Under the pieces are notes generated by a model. It did no database searches. It was not told the origin of the DNA and worked only from the letters and a program-made list of their open reading frames with translations. A stretch of 59,930 nt of DNA, counting the filler. It is 9 parts of 9 records of this genome, joined end to end, with 100 filler letters (N's around TTAATTAATTAA, not from the genome) between each part and the next. Parts side by side here need not be neighbours in the genome. Positions count along the whole stretch, not along the records: positions 1 to 7,444 come from SRR31156797_39885; positions 7,545 to 12,680 come from SRR31156797_39895; 7 more parts are not named here. One strand, given 5' to 3'. The translations under genes and the position numbers were made by a program. Every line of letters begins with the position of its first letter. Position 1 is the first letter of the stretch. Below are positions 1 through 9,216 of this stretch, piece by piece.

Positions 1-179
1 TCGCTTTTTTGCATTATTTTATGCGGTTTTCGGGGGATTTTTCCCATTAAGATTATTGGCATTTTTCGACGATTAAAAACAAAGCGAAATGAATAATATA
101 TTCTAATTGATGATTTGTTTTTTATTCCGTGTTTTAGAAAATATTTTGTCGTAAAAAGTACTTTATCAAACATTAAAAA

Positions 180-205
180 GTAGGGGCGAAAAATTGTTCG
201 CCCCT
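180..205 (+). repeat. GTAG-type REP-like palindrome
   Basis: GTAGGGGCGAAAAATTGTTCGCCCCT: GTAG tetramer plus hairpin; similar copies at 7331-7444. Confidence 0.7.
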
Positions 206-240
206 TCAAAATACATTCATTTATTTTTCAAAATTATGAT

Positions 241-1287
241 TCAGATTTCTTCTTTTTCTTCCTCAAATTTTGAGATCGAATCACGCATAAAATCGATCAT
301 ACCACTTTGAACGGCACTCAAGGTTGTACGTAATCCGTTCTTATAGGCATAAGCTGTACAACGACCATGGGATTTAACAACCAGTTTATCAAAACCAAAG
401 ATCGGTGCACCGCCATACTCTTCATAGCTGGCATATTTCAAGACTTGTTTTATTCCACCCTGTAGAAAGAATAAACCCAATTTCCAGATGAATTTGCCTT
501 TCAAGGCCATTTTAGCCAGTTTTTTAGCACTCTCGGAAACACCTTCGATCGATTTCATGGCAATATTACCGTGAATTCCTTCAGAAACGATCACATCGGC
601 TTTTCCGTTGGTAATATCATTACCTTCAATATTGCCTACAAAGTTCAGGTCTTCTCTTGATGAAAGCAGTTTATTGGCTTCTTTCAGCGTTTCAGTGCCT
701 TTATGTTCTTCCGCACCGATGTTCAACAAACCAACCTGGGGATCTTCAATACCAAAAAGTTCACGAAGATATGTTTTACCCATGTAAGCGTAATGGACCA
801 TATCATCCGGCGTATTATTAATATTAGCACCTACATCCATGACAACAGCATAGGGACTTTTACTCTTATCTTCTTTTAATGTAGGAAAAATGGTTCCGAT
901 CGCAGCCCTTCTAACTCCGGGTATACGTTTTACATATAAAGAAGCGGCAAGGACAACTGCTGCTGTACTGCCGGCGGATACCATGGCATCCCCTTTACCT
1001 TCTTTTAGCATTCTAGCGGCAAGGAGTACGGATGCATTTTTCTTTTCACGCACGGCTGTCCGCGGTGAATCATGGTTTGTTATCATTTCATCTGTATGAA
1101 CAATACTGAACTGATCTTTATTATATGTATGCTTTTCCAATTCGGCCTTGATCTTTTCCTCATGTCCGACCAGAATAAAATGAGCATTGGTTTCTGCTGC
1201 CATCTGGCAGGTTCCATCAATCGTGATCGCCGGTGCGAAATCACCGCCCATGGCATCAATAATAATTACAGGTTTTTCCTTTGACAT
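241..1287 (-). CDS. plsX: phosphate acyltransferase PlsX
   Basis: IIIDAMGGDFAP, VSAGST, GLLNIGAEEHKG, GNIEG, YGGAPIFG, VKSHG motifs. Confidence 0.95.
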   Translation of the reverse strand: MSKEKPVIIIDAMGGDFAPAITIDGTCQMAAETNAHFILVGHEEKIKAELEKHTYNKDQFSIVHTDEMITNHDSPRTAVREKKNASVLLAARMLKEGKGDAMVSAGSTAAVVLAASLYVKRIPGVRRAAIGTIFPTLKEDKSKSPYAVVMDVGANINNTPDDMVHYAYMGKTYLRELFGIEDPQVGLLNIGAEEHKGTETLKEANKLLSSREDLNFVGNIEGNDITNGKADVIVSEGIHGNIAMKSIEGVSESAKKLAKMALKGKFIWKLGLFFLQGGIKQVLKYASYEEYGGAPIFGFDKLVVKSHGRCTAYAYKNGLRTTLSAVQSGMIDFMRDSISKFEEEKEEI

Positions 1288-1533
1288 AAATTCCTTCCTT
1301 AAATAATTTGGAGCAATAATCTAATGCTTTTTTACAAATGATGAAATTGTTTTCTACTCAATTAGGCTAAACCCTTTATTTACCTGAACTTTTGCCTTTA
1401 TACTTTGTACTTTTTACTTTGTTTTAAGACTTTCATCCGTTAAATTTGGTAGCTTTGCTCTTTATATATGAAGTAAATCACCCGAATAAAGCAACGGGTG
1501 ATATTGTAACAGAATATGGAGGTTCAATCCCGT

Positions 1534-3435
1534 ATGTCCAGAAAGTTAATTTGGCGTTACATTCTGATAGTAGTATTGCTGGTATGGGCGGTTTACACAC
1601 TGGTCCCCACCTTGCAGTTCGAACGTCTGAGTGACGCGAAAAAAATCGAACTTAAAGAAGAAGGCAAGTTGATCGACCTTGAGTCTAAGATCATTAAACG
1701 TGGTCTAGACCTACAGGGCGGTATGCACCTTGTACTTGAAGTTAACGTTCCCGATTTCGTTAAGAATATTGCAGAACACCAGTCCAGAGCGTATTACGAC
1801 TATATGGATAAAGTTGATGCGGCCTATGCAGATGCTCCCGAAAGAGATTATCTTGATATCATGCTGGAAACAGCCGATGCGGACAGTCTTCGTTTAAGCC
1901 GTTATTTCCCGACATCTGATCGTAAGACAGATAACAGTTCGGTCATAAATAATCTTGAAAAAGAGTCCGAACACGCAGTTATCCGCGCAGAAGAGATCAT
2001 TCGTAATCGTATTGACCAATTCGGTGTTGCCGAACCGGTCATTCAGCTTGTTGGAAATAAACGAATTATCGTTGAGCTCGCAGGTATCGATGATCCTCAG
2101 CGTGCAAAAGATATCATTCACAACACAGCCTTGTTGGAATTCGTTCTTCTGAAAGATGCCGAATATACACAAGATATTATCAATCGAATTGATGCTGCTG
2201 TCAAGCGTATCAATCCTGAAGATATCTCTCAACTTGATACTGCCGTTGTTTCAAATACGACCAGTGAAGACAAAGAGATCTCGGTTTCCGAACTTCTCGG
2301 TATTGCCGAAGAAGAAAGCGGTGCTGCCGATTCTTCAGTTCTTGTTGATCAGAACCTGGCCGCTGAAAAGCCTTTTTCTGCTCTGCTGAGAAATCTTGGT
2401 TGGGACATTGGTGTTCCCGTTGAGAATTATTATGCTGTCAACAAGATCCTGACAGATCCTGAAGTTTCAAGGATCCTGCCAAATGATCTGAGAATTCTTT
2501 TCTCCGGACAGACAAAAGAAATGCAGACCCAGGAAGGTGGAAAAGCTGAATTTTATTCACTTTACTTTGTAAACCGCGAACCGGGAATGACCGGTGAAGC
2601 AGTTCGCGAAGCCAAAGCGGAACTTGGAAGCGTTTCCAGTGAACATATGGGACAACCTATTGTCAATGTTCGCATGAATGCCGAAGGTACAAAAACATGG
2701 GCCCGTTTGACCGGTGCCAATGTTGACAAGCGTTTAGCGATCGTGCTTGATAATAAAGTCCAGATGGCTCCTCGCATTCAGAACAAGATCCCCAATGGCC
2801 GTACGGTCATTGAAGGTTTCGGTACTCTTGATAATGCTCAAGATATTGAGATCGTCTTGAAAGCCGGTGCCCTCCCCGCTCCTATCGACATTATCGAAGA
2901 GCGTACGGTTGGTGCTTCTTTGGGTGCAGACTCAATTGAACGTGGTATTCGTTCAATGTTGATCGGTCTTGCGATCGTTGCATTGTTCATTATCTTCTAC
3001 TACCGCGGAGCCGGTGTCATTGCCATTTCAACTCTGGTATTGAACATTATTTTCGTATTGTCGATCCTTGCTGCGCTACGCGCTACCTTGACCCTGCCCG
3101 GTATAGCCGGTTTGGTTCTTACCATGGGTATGGCAGTGGATGCGAACGTATTGATCTTTGAGCGTATCCGTGAGGAATACCTCAAAGGTAAAACGATCCG
3201 TTCTTCTGTAGATAACGGTTACTCAAGAGCATTTGTGACCATCCTTGATGCAAACCTTACCACATTGATCACAGCGCTTGTGTTGTGGCAATACGGTTCA
3301 GGTACCATCCGAGGATTTGCCGTCACACTGTTCTGGGGTATTGTCTTTAACTTTGTATCCGGTTACTTTATCTCGCGGACGATCTTCACATCGTTCACAC
3401 ACGGTAAAAAACCTTTAAATAAGCTCAGTATATAG
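1534..3435 (+). CDS. secD: protein translocase subunit SecD
   Basis: GLDLQGG, IIRNRIDQFGVAEP, GMAVDANVLIFERIREE; start chosen after GGAGG at 1518-1522. Confidence 0.97.
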   Translation: MSRKLIWRYILIVVLLVWAVYTLVPTLQFERLSDAKKIELKEEGKLIDLESKIIKRGLDLQGGMHLVLEVNVPDFVKNIAEHQSRAYYDYMDKVDAAYADAPERDYLDIMLETADADSLRLSRYFPTSDRKTDNSSVINNLEKESEHAVIRAEEIIRNRIDQFGVAEPVIQLVGNKRIIVELAGIDDPQRAKDIIHNTALLEFVLLKDAEYTQDIINRIDAAVKRINPEDISQLDTAVVSNTTSEDKEISVSELLGIAEEESGAADSSVLVDQNLAAEKPFSALLRNLGWDIGVPVENYYAVNKILTDPEVSRILPNDLRILFSGQTKEMQTQEGGKAEFYSLYFVNREPGMTGEAVREAKAELGSVSSEHMGQPIVNVRMNAEGTKTWARLTGANVDKRLAIVLDNKVQMAPRIQNKIPNGRTVIEGFGTLDNAQDIEIVLKAGALPAPIDIIEERTVGASLGADSIERGIRSMLIGLAIVALFIIFYYRGAGVIAISTLVLNIIFVLSILAALRATLTLPGIAGLVLTMGMAVDANVLIFERIREEYLKGKTIRSSVDNGYSRAFVTILDANLTTLITALVLWQYGSGTIRGFAVTLFWGIVFNFVSGYFISRTIFTSFTHGKKPLNKLSI

Positions 3436-3444
3436 GAGGCGACC

Positions 3445-4344
3445 GTGCTACAATTCTTTAAAAACCCTAATTATAATATTGTCGGTAAACGCCGTATCGC
3501 GTTTATCGTTTCACTCGTGATCATTCTTGGCGGTATCGTTTCTCTGTTCGTACAGGGCTTGAATTTCGGTGTTGATTTTGCCGGTGGTGCAAAACTGCAG
3601 ATAGAGTTCAAAGAAAATATTACTGCTGAAGAACTTCGTTCAAAGTTCATCGAGAAAGGTTTCAGCAATCCTGAGATCAAAAGCTCCGGTGACAATGAAT
3701 ATATGATCACAGTAACAGCAGAAGATGCTGAAGATTCAGATGCTCTTCTAAATACAGCTCTTGAAAATGTAGAGTTCACCGTTCTTCAGATCGATAAAGT
3801 CGGTCCGAAAATGGGTGCCGAAATGCGCAGTAATTCAATTTCTGCCGTCGGTATTGCTCTTTTACTCATCCTGATCTACATTACCGTTCGTTTTGAATTC
3901 AAGTTCGCGATCGGCGCTGTGGTTGCATTGATCCATGATGTGCTGGTTACGCTGGCGATCTTCTCAGTTTTCCAATGGGAATTCTCTTTGCCGGTCCTGG
4001 CGGCCTTCCTGACCATTGTGGGTTACTCACTAAATGATACTATCGTTGTTTACGACCGTATTCGCGAGAACATCAAAGTGCACAAAGGCAAACCTTTGCA
4101 AGATGTGATCAATTTGAGTGTCAATCAGTCATTGTCAAGAACCATCATCACATCCTTAACAACATTCATCGTTGTTCTTATCCTTGCCATCTTCGGTGGA
4201 CAGGTCCTATTTGGATTTTCAATCGCAATGGTAGTTGGTGTGATCGTCGGTACTTATTCCTCAATGTTCGTTGCAGCTCCCGTTCTTATAGCATGGAGTC
4301 ATCGCTTCCAGGAAAAAGACGACAAGGACAAAAAGAAGAAATAA
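3445..4344 (+). CDS. secF: protein translocase subunit SecF
   Basis: GVDFAGG, GYSLNDTIVVYDRIRE, SRTIITSLTT; directly follows secD; GTG start. Confidence 0.97.
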   Translation: MLQFFKNPNYNIVGKRRIAFIVSLVIILGGIVSLFVQGLNFGVDFAGGAKLQIEFKENITAEELRSKFIEKGFSNPEIKSSGDNEYMITVTAEDAEDSDALLNTALENVEFTVLQIDKVGPKMGAEMRSNSISAVGIALLLILIYITVRFEFKFAIGAVVALIHDVLVTLAIFSVFQWEFSLPVLAAFLTIVGYSLNDTIVVYDRIRENIKVHKGKPLQDVINLSVNQSLSRTIITSLTTFIVVLILAIFGGQVLFGFSIAMVVGVIVGTYSSMFVAAPVLIAWSHRFQEKDDKDKKKK

Positions 4345-4386
4345 GGATAACTGACAGGAATAACCTGCCGGTTTCCCGGATAATAC

Positions 4387-4414
4387 AAAGCCCGGCAAAA
4401 TGTCGGGCTTTTTT
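4387..4414 (+). terminator. intrinsic terminator after secF
   Basis: AAAGCCCGGC-AAAAT-GTCGGGCTTT stem followed by T run. Confidence 0.8.
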
Positions 4415-4434
4415 ACTTCAAATACAGAGGCATC

Positions 4435-5181
4435 ATGAGCCAACATGTTATAATGGAAGTAAAAGGACTTAATTTTTCCTTCAATGGAAAACAAAAGATA
4501 CTCACAAATGTATCTTTACCTTTATACGATAAAGATTATCTTGTGATCATGGGTCCAAATGGCGGTGGTAAAACCACCCTGCTCAAATGTATGTTGGGAC
4601 TTCTTAAGGCTGATTCGGGAGAGATCGTCTACAACAATGTAAAACGTACCGATTTCGGTTATGTGCCACAATTTACCACTTTCGATAAAGATATGCCCAT
4701 TAGAGTATGGGATTTTATAGAAACGGGTCTTATCGGTGAATATCATCCCCTGAAAAGACGAAATAGCAGTGATTTAAAACTGATAGAAAAGCAGATCAAT
4801 GATTTTAGTTTATCAGATATTGCCTATTCTTCTATCTCTGAAATATCTGGAGGACAATTACAACGTGCCCTCTTGGCAAGAGCATTGATCCAAGATCCAA
4901 AGATCCTTTTTCTTGATGAACCAACCACTTTTATAGATTCGGAATCCCGGGGTAACCTTTCCGAAATACTTAAAAAACTCAATGAAAAAATTGCTGTCGT
5001 TATGATCACGCATGATACATCTGCTATCGATGATCAAGTGAAAAATATTGCCTGTGTAAACAGAACGCTATATTATCATGGCCGAGATGAACACTTAGAA
5101 GGTTCATTGGAAAAAGTCTACGGTTGTCCTATCGAACTGATCGGGCATGGACTTCCCCATCGCGTACTGAAGGAGCATTAA
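4435..5181 (+). CDS. znuC: Zn/Mn ABC transporter ATPase (ZnuC-like)
   Basis: Walker A GPNGGGKTT, ISGGQLQR, LDEPT, His-containing C-terminal tail. Confidence 0.85.
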   Translation: MSQHVIMEVKGLNFSFNGKQKILTNVSLPLYDKDYLVIMGPNGGGKTTLLKCMLGLLKADSGEIVYNNVKRTDFGYVPQFTTFDKDMPIRVWDFIETGLIGEYHPLKRRNSSDLKLIEKQINDFSLSDIAYSSISEISGGQLQRALLARALIQDPKILFLDEPTTFIDSESRGNLSEILKKLNEKIAVVMITHDTSAIDDQVKNIACVNRTLYYHGRDEHLEGSLEKVYGCPIELIGHGLPHRVLKEH

Positions 5182-5990
5182 TGAATATCCTGCAATATGA
5201 ATTCGTACAAAATGCTCTTATCGCCGGAGTTCTTTTAAGTATTGTTGCCGGAGTCATAGGTTCATTGATCGTTATAAAGCGCGATACTTTCCTCATCGGC
5301 GGTATTGCACATGCTTCCTTTGGTGGACTTGGGTTATTCTATTTTCTCGGCTTGGATCCAATCCTTGGTGCTTTTACTGTCGCTATTACGTCGGGAAGTG
5401 TGATCGGTGCAAGCAATGAAAAACAGCTTCGCACACACAATGCCCTCATTGGTGTACTTTGGGCGTTCGGGATGTCGATAGGGATCATCTTCATCACCAT
5501 TACACCGGGATATGCCCCGAATCTCTTGACCTATCTTTTTGGCGATATCCTAACGGTGACAAGAACAGATATCTTGAATATTGCCATTTATGACATCGTT
5601 TTGCTACTGGCATTATTTCTGTTTTATAAACCTTTGATCGTTTATCTTTTTGATAAAGAATTCGCAGCTTTGCATGGTATCAAAGTAAGGCTATACAGAT
5701 TATGTTATTATCTGTTCATTGCCATCGCTGTCGTTTTAATGATCAGATCGGTAGGTATCATTCTTGTTCTTGCTCTTCTGACCATTCCACCACTGATTGT
5801 ACTTCCTCTTTTCAAGAGATTACCTTATATTATAATTATGTCGGTAATAATATCTTTGATCATATTTACCGGCGGTTTTTTCATAGCATATTACACAAAT
5901 TTGCCCACAGGGCCGATCATTATTGCAACAGGAACTACTCTATTATTATTAGTGAGAACTCTATGCCTATTAAAGAAAAAGAATTCTTAA
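5181..5990 (+). CDS. znuB: Zn/Mn ABC transporter permease (ZnuB-like)
   Basis: GGIAHASFGG, YLFGDIL, VGIILVLALLTIP; TAATG overlap with the ATPase gene. Confidence 0.85.
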   Translation: MNILQYEFVQNALIAGVLLSIVAGVIGSLIVIKRDTFLIGGIAHASFGGLGLFYFLGLDPILGAFTVAITSGSVIGASNEKQLRTHNALIGVLWAFGMSIGIIFITITPGYAPNLLTYLFGDILTVTRTDILNIAIYDIVLLLALFLFYKPLIVYLFDKEFAALHGIKVRLYRLCYYLFIAIAVVLMIRSVGIILVLALLTIPPLIVLPLFKRLPYIIIMSVIISLIIFTGGFFIAYYTNLPTGPIIIATGTTLLLLVRTLCLLKKKNS

Positions 5991-7237
5991 GGGAAACCTA
6001 TACCCGTATCATTGATTCTGTGCGACCAAAAGCACTCTTTAACAAATATTTAAAAGTACATGACGGTACGCTTTATTACCGCAACACCCCAATTGATCTA
6101 AATTCTAAAGGAAAATTCATTTTGGCAGGTACGGGAAAAGCTTCACTTACCATGGCAGAAGCGATCATGCCTTATCTACCCAAGAAACCTGATAGTACCT
6201 TATTAATTCCCCCCTCAGATGGCGTAGGATCACCTTTTACCGTTGTCAAGGGCGATCATCCCATTCCATTGGAAAACAGCCTTAAAGCCGGTAAATGCCT
6301 TATGGAGCTTGTGAGTTCTTTAAACGAAGACGACACATTGCTGTATTTACTCTCAGGCGGTAGTTCAGCTTTGGTAGAACTTCCCCATGAAGGTGTAAGC
6401 AGCGATGATCTGCAGTTCCTGACATGCCAATATCTTGCCAAAGGACTTGAGATACATGAGATCAATACCTTACGCGGTTCCGTTTCGCAATTAAAGGGGG
6501 GCGGACTGGCATCAAAATGTAAAGCAAAATGTTATGTGATCGTTATGTCCGACGTAATGGGTAACGATATGTCTGTTGTTGGATCGGGACTTCTTGCGCA
6601 AATGGACGTAGATAAAAATAACGTCAGGTTAGTTTTGGACAAATATACCCTTGATGAGGTCTTTCCGGATCATATAATAAAGATCATGGATAACTTTGAA
6701 CCCCCAAAAGATTCCAAGGTAAATCCACATTATCTGATCGGAAGCAATACGGATCTACTTCAAGCCGCTGAATTAGCCTGTATGGACAAAGGCATCCATC
6801 CCGTTACATATCCGGCCAGTTTATTCGGTGAAGCGCAAGTTGCTGCCGAAATGATCGTTGATATGATGGAAAAATACTCGGGTCCCAAACCTGCTTGCTT
6901 GATATATGGTGGCGAACCAACTGTCACGTTATGTGAAAATCCGGGACTTGGCGGCAGAGCCCAGGAATTGACCTTAAAAGCCCTTGAGCTTATTAAAGAT
7001 CACCCGGAATTCTCAATTTTAAGTGCAGGTTCCGATGGAATTGACGGAGTGGGCGGTGCTGCTGGTGCCTTAGTCAATAGTGATGTTCATCAAAAAGCAA
7101 TGTCACTGGGGCTTTCCATTGAAGAATATCTCGACAAACATGATTCTTACCACTTTCATAAGGCATGTGAATCCTTGATCGTAACCGGTTATTCCGGCAC
7201 CAATGTCGGGGATATTGTTTTAGCGTTGATAGTTTAA
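5963..7237 (+). CDS. glycerate 2-kinase (DUF4147/MOFRL family)
   Basis: GTGKAS, HPIP, LLSGGSSAL, GGEPTV, GGRAQE, SDGIDG, GTNVGD motifs. Confidence 0.88.
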   Translation: MPIKEKEFLRETYTRIIDSVRPKALFNKYLKVHDGTLYYRNTPIDLNSKGKFILAGTGKASLTMAEAIMPYLPKKPDSTLLIPPSDGVGSPFTVVKGDHPIPLENSLKAGKCLMELVSSLNEDDTLLYLLSGGSSALVELPHEGVSSDDLQFLTCQYLAKGLEIHEINTLRGSVSQLKGGGLASKCKAKCYVIVMSDVMGNDMSVVGSGLLAQMDVDKNNVRLVLDKYTLDEVFPDHIIKIMDNFEPPKDSKVNPHYLIGSNTDLLQAAELACMDKGIHPVTYPASLFGEAQVAAEMIVDMMEKYSGPKPACLIYGGEPTVTLCENPGLGGRAQELTLKALELIKDHPEFSILSAGSDGIDGVGGAAGALVNSDVHQKAMSLGLSIEEYLDKHDSYHFHKACESLIVTGYSGTNVGDIVLALIV

Positions 7238-7330
7238 GCACTGGGCACTGGAAAGATGAGAATAATTTACCACCTCTCTTCTATACCATATTCTTGACCA
7301 TAGTTATAATCACTGAAATATAGTTCCTCA

Positions 7331-7444
7331 GTAGGGACGAAATATCTTTCGTCCCACAATCTTCAAACACTTCCTGTACGGGACAAACATCTTTTATCCC
7401 AAATAAAATGTTGTATCAATCAGGGCGAAAGATATTTCGCCCCT
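7331..7444. repeat. REP cluster / REPIN-like inverted pair
   Basis: GTAGGGACGAAATATCTTTCGTCCC (7331-7355), degenerate copy 7376-7400, inverted copy 7423-7444 cut by the contig end. Confidence 0.75.
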
Positions 7445-7544
7445 NNNNNNNNNNNNNNNNNNNNNNNNNNNNNNNNNNNNNNNNNNNNTTAATTAATTAA
7501 NNNNNNNNNNNNNNNNNNNNNNNNNNNNNNNNNNNNNNNNNNNN
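7445..7544. other. artificial contig spacer
   Basis: N run with TTAATTAATTAA six-frame stop linker. Confidence 0.99.
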
Positions 7545-8264
7545 CGAAGCATAACCGATCATTTCGAAATCGGGTTCGGGAATTTCAAGAGTAATAGTTT
7601 CAAACACTGCCTCAATGCTGTGGTTATCTTGTATTGTAAACCGTAAAGTGTCGTTGGTAGAAGTATAGTCTCCCTGCCATTGAACAAATGAGGCAGAAAA
7701 GCCAGGACGGGCAACTAATATAATTTCCTGCCCACTGAAAAGCAAGCCCTCAGCTGGTTTTTGAATAACAGAACCATTACCGTTTGTTGATACACTTAAG
7801 TTGAAATAGGGGAGTTGTTCTCCTGAAATATCAAGGTGATCGATATTTGGTCCACCTTCGCTTCCGGATGAAACAAGCTTGAGTAAGTGTATACCTTTGC
7901 TTAAATCAATATTTACACTTAAAGTATCCCAGTTGTTCCATTCTCCGGTGGAAGGGAATTCTAACGTTTTACCCGTATCATTTCCGTTTAAATATAGTTG
8001 CATCGGACGCTCGTTTGAGCTTCCGTTAGCAAATCGGATCTTTATGGTTTGTTCGGCTGCAGTTGCCATGCCAATACGCAGTTCGAGGTAGCTTCCCGAC
8101 TCATTATCAAAGTTTACATATGAATCGCCGGTGTAACCCGAATGTTCGGTTTCGGTTTTAGCGTTATACAATACCGCAGTTTCTGCCTGATAAATATTTG
8201 CACGGCCAATAAAACTTTGGGTGAGTAGAACAAAAACAAATATGTAGAAATGGGTTTTATTCAT
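7545..8264 (-). CDS. secreted CBM35 (CBM6-like) plus InlB-B-like repeat protein, probably a pectate lyase (3' truncated)
   Basis: Signal peptide, YQAETA..GYTG..YVNF..GPNIDHL CBM35 pattern, LSVSTNGNGSV..FVQWQGD repeat; pectin-locus context. Confidence 0.7.
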
Positions 8265-9216
8265 TTAAAGTATTAATCCAATTTCCTAATATATTTTGTA
8301 AGGTATATACTTGTGCTTCTTGTTCTGATAATTGATGCGACCATTCTATACGATCGCTAACATTGGAGCCAGCACCAGTATTTTTGTATTCAGCATAGAA
8401 GGTAGTGGTTTTATTTTCTTTGTTGCTCCACTCTTTCCATCCAACAGGTAAAATATGTTCTCCCAACTCACAATGGATAAAAACCGTTTTTGCATACGGT
8501 CTCCACGGCCGTCCCAGGTATACTTTCGAAACTCCTTCTTTTGCCTCGAGGTTACAGTTTAGAAATACAAACCCAAAAAGTTTACCTTTATCGGTACTGG
8601 CAGCTGTTATGTAGGAGTTGCTTCTGCTTACAATTTCGCATTCCTTAAATACAACTGTGGCCGAGCCAAAAATAAAGTCTGTGGTACCCTCAATTGTGCA
8701 GTTGGTAAAAAGTTGTTGACTATTTTCTCCATAGAGATAAGCCGTATCCTGGTTACCCAAAAAATTGCAGTTTTTAAAACTACACCGATTGCCTTCAACA
8801 TGAATTGTCACTGCTTGGCCCCGTGGGCCGGCAGCATTCTCTATGGTCAGGTTCTCTGCATAAAAATCATCGGCTTCTACTTTAAATGTGTAGGAAAAAA
8901 ATGTACTGTTTCTTCCTCTGTCAATTTTATCAAAGTAGTCATCCCACACAATTATGGTTTTTTCCCGATCTTCTCCAATTATCGAAAGTTTATTATTCCA
9001 TGAAGGAACCCTTACTTTTTCTCTATAGATGCCATTTTTTATAAAAATGGTAATACGTTTTGGAGGAAATGCTTTAGTGGCATCGATGGCATCCTGAATG
9101 CTGGTGAAGTCGCCGCTGCCATCCTTGGCCACCACCATTTTGTAACGAATCCCTGAATGTGATTCAGCCCAAAGGGCTGAAAACACAAACAGGAGTATCA
9201 AGCCTAATTTACTCAT
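8257..9216 (-). CDS. pectin methylesterase (CE8)
   Basis: VAKDGSGDFTSIQDAI, GIYREK, QAV, GNQDT, DFIFG, LGRPW motifs. Confidence 0.93.
   Translation of the reverse strand: MSKLGLILLFVFSALWAESHSGIRYKMVVAKDGSGDFTSIQDAIDATKAFPPKRITIFIKNGIYREKVRVPSWNNKLSIIGEDREKTIIVWDDYFDKIDRGRNSTFFSYTFKVEADDFYAENLTIENAAGPRGQAVTIHVEGNRCSFKNCNFLGNQDTAYLYGENSQQLFTNCTIEGTTDFIFGSATVVFKECEIVSRSNSYITAASTDKGKLFGFVFLNCNLEAKEGVSKVYLGRPWRPYAKTVFIHCELGEHILPVGWKEWSNKENKTTTFYAEYKNTGAGSNVSDRIEWSHQLSEQEAQVYTLQNILGNWINTLNE

Noticed and set aside
1446-1634. Possible arrest-peptide uORF before secDF
   Set aside because: Overlaps secD out of frame; no signal peptide or arrest motif
5702-5962. N-terminal extension of the glycerate kinase in the ORF track
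   Set aside because: Overlaps znuB; the plausible start is ATG 5963
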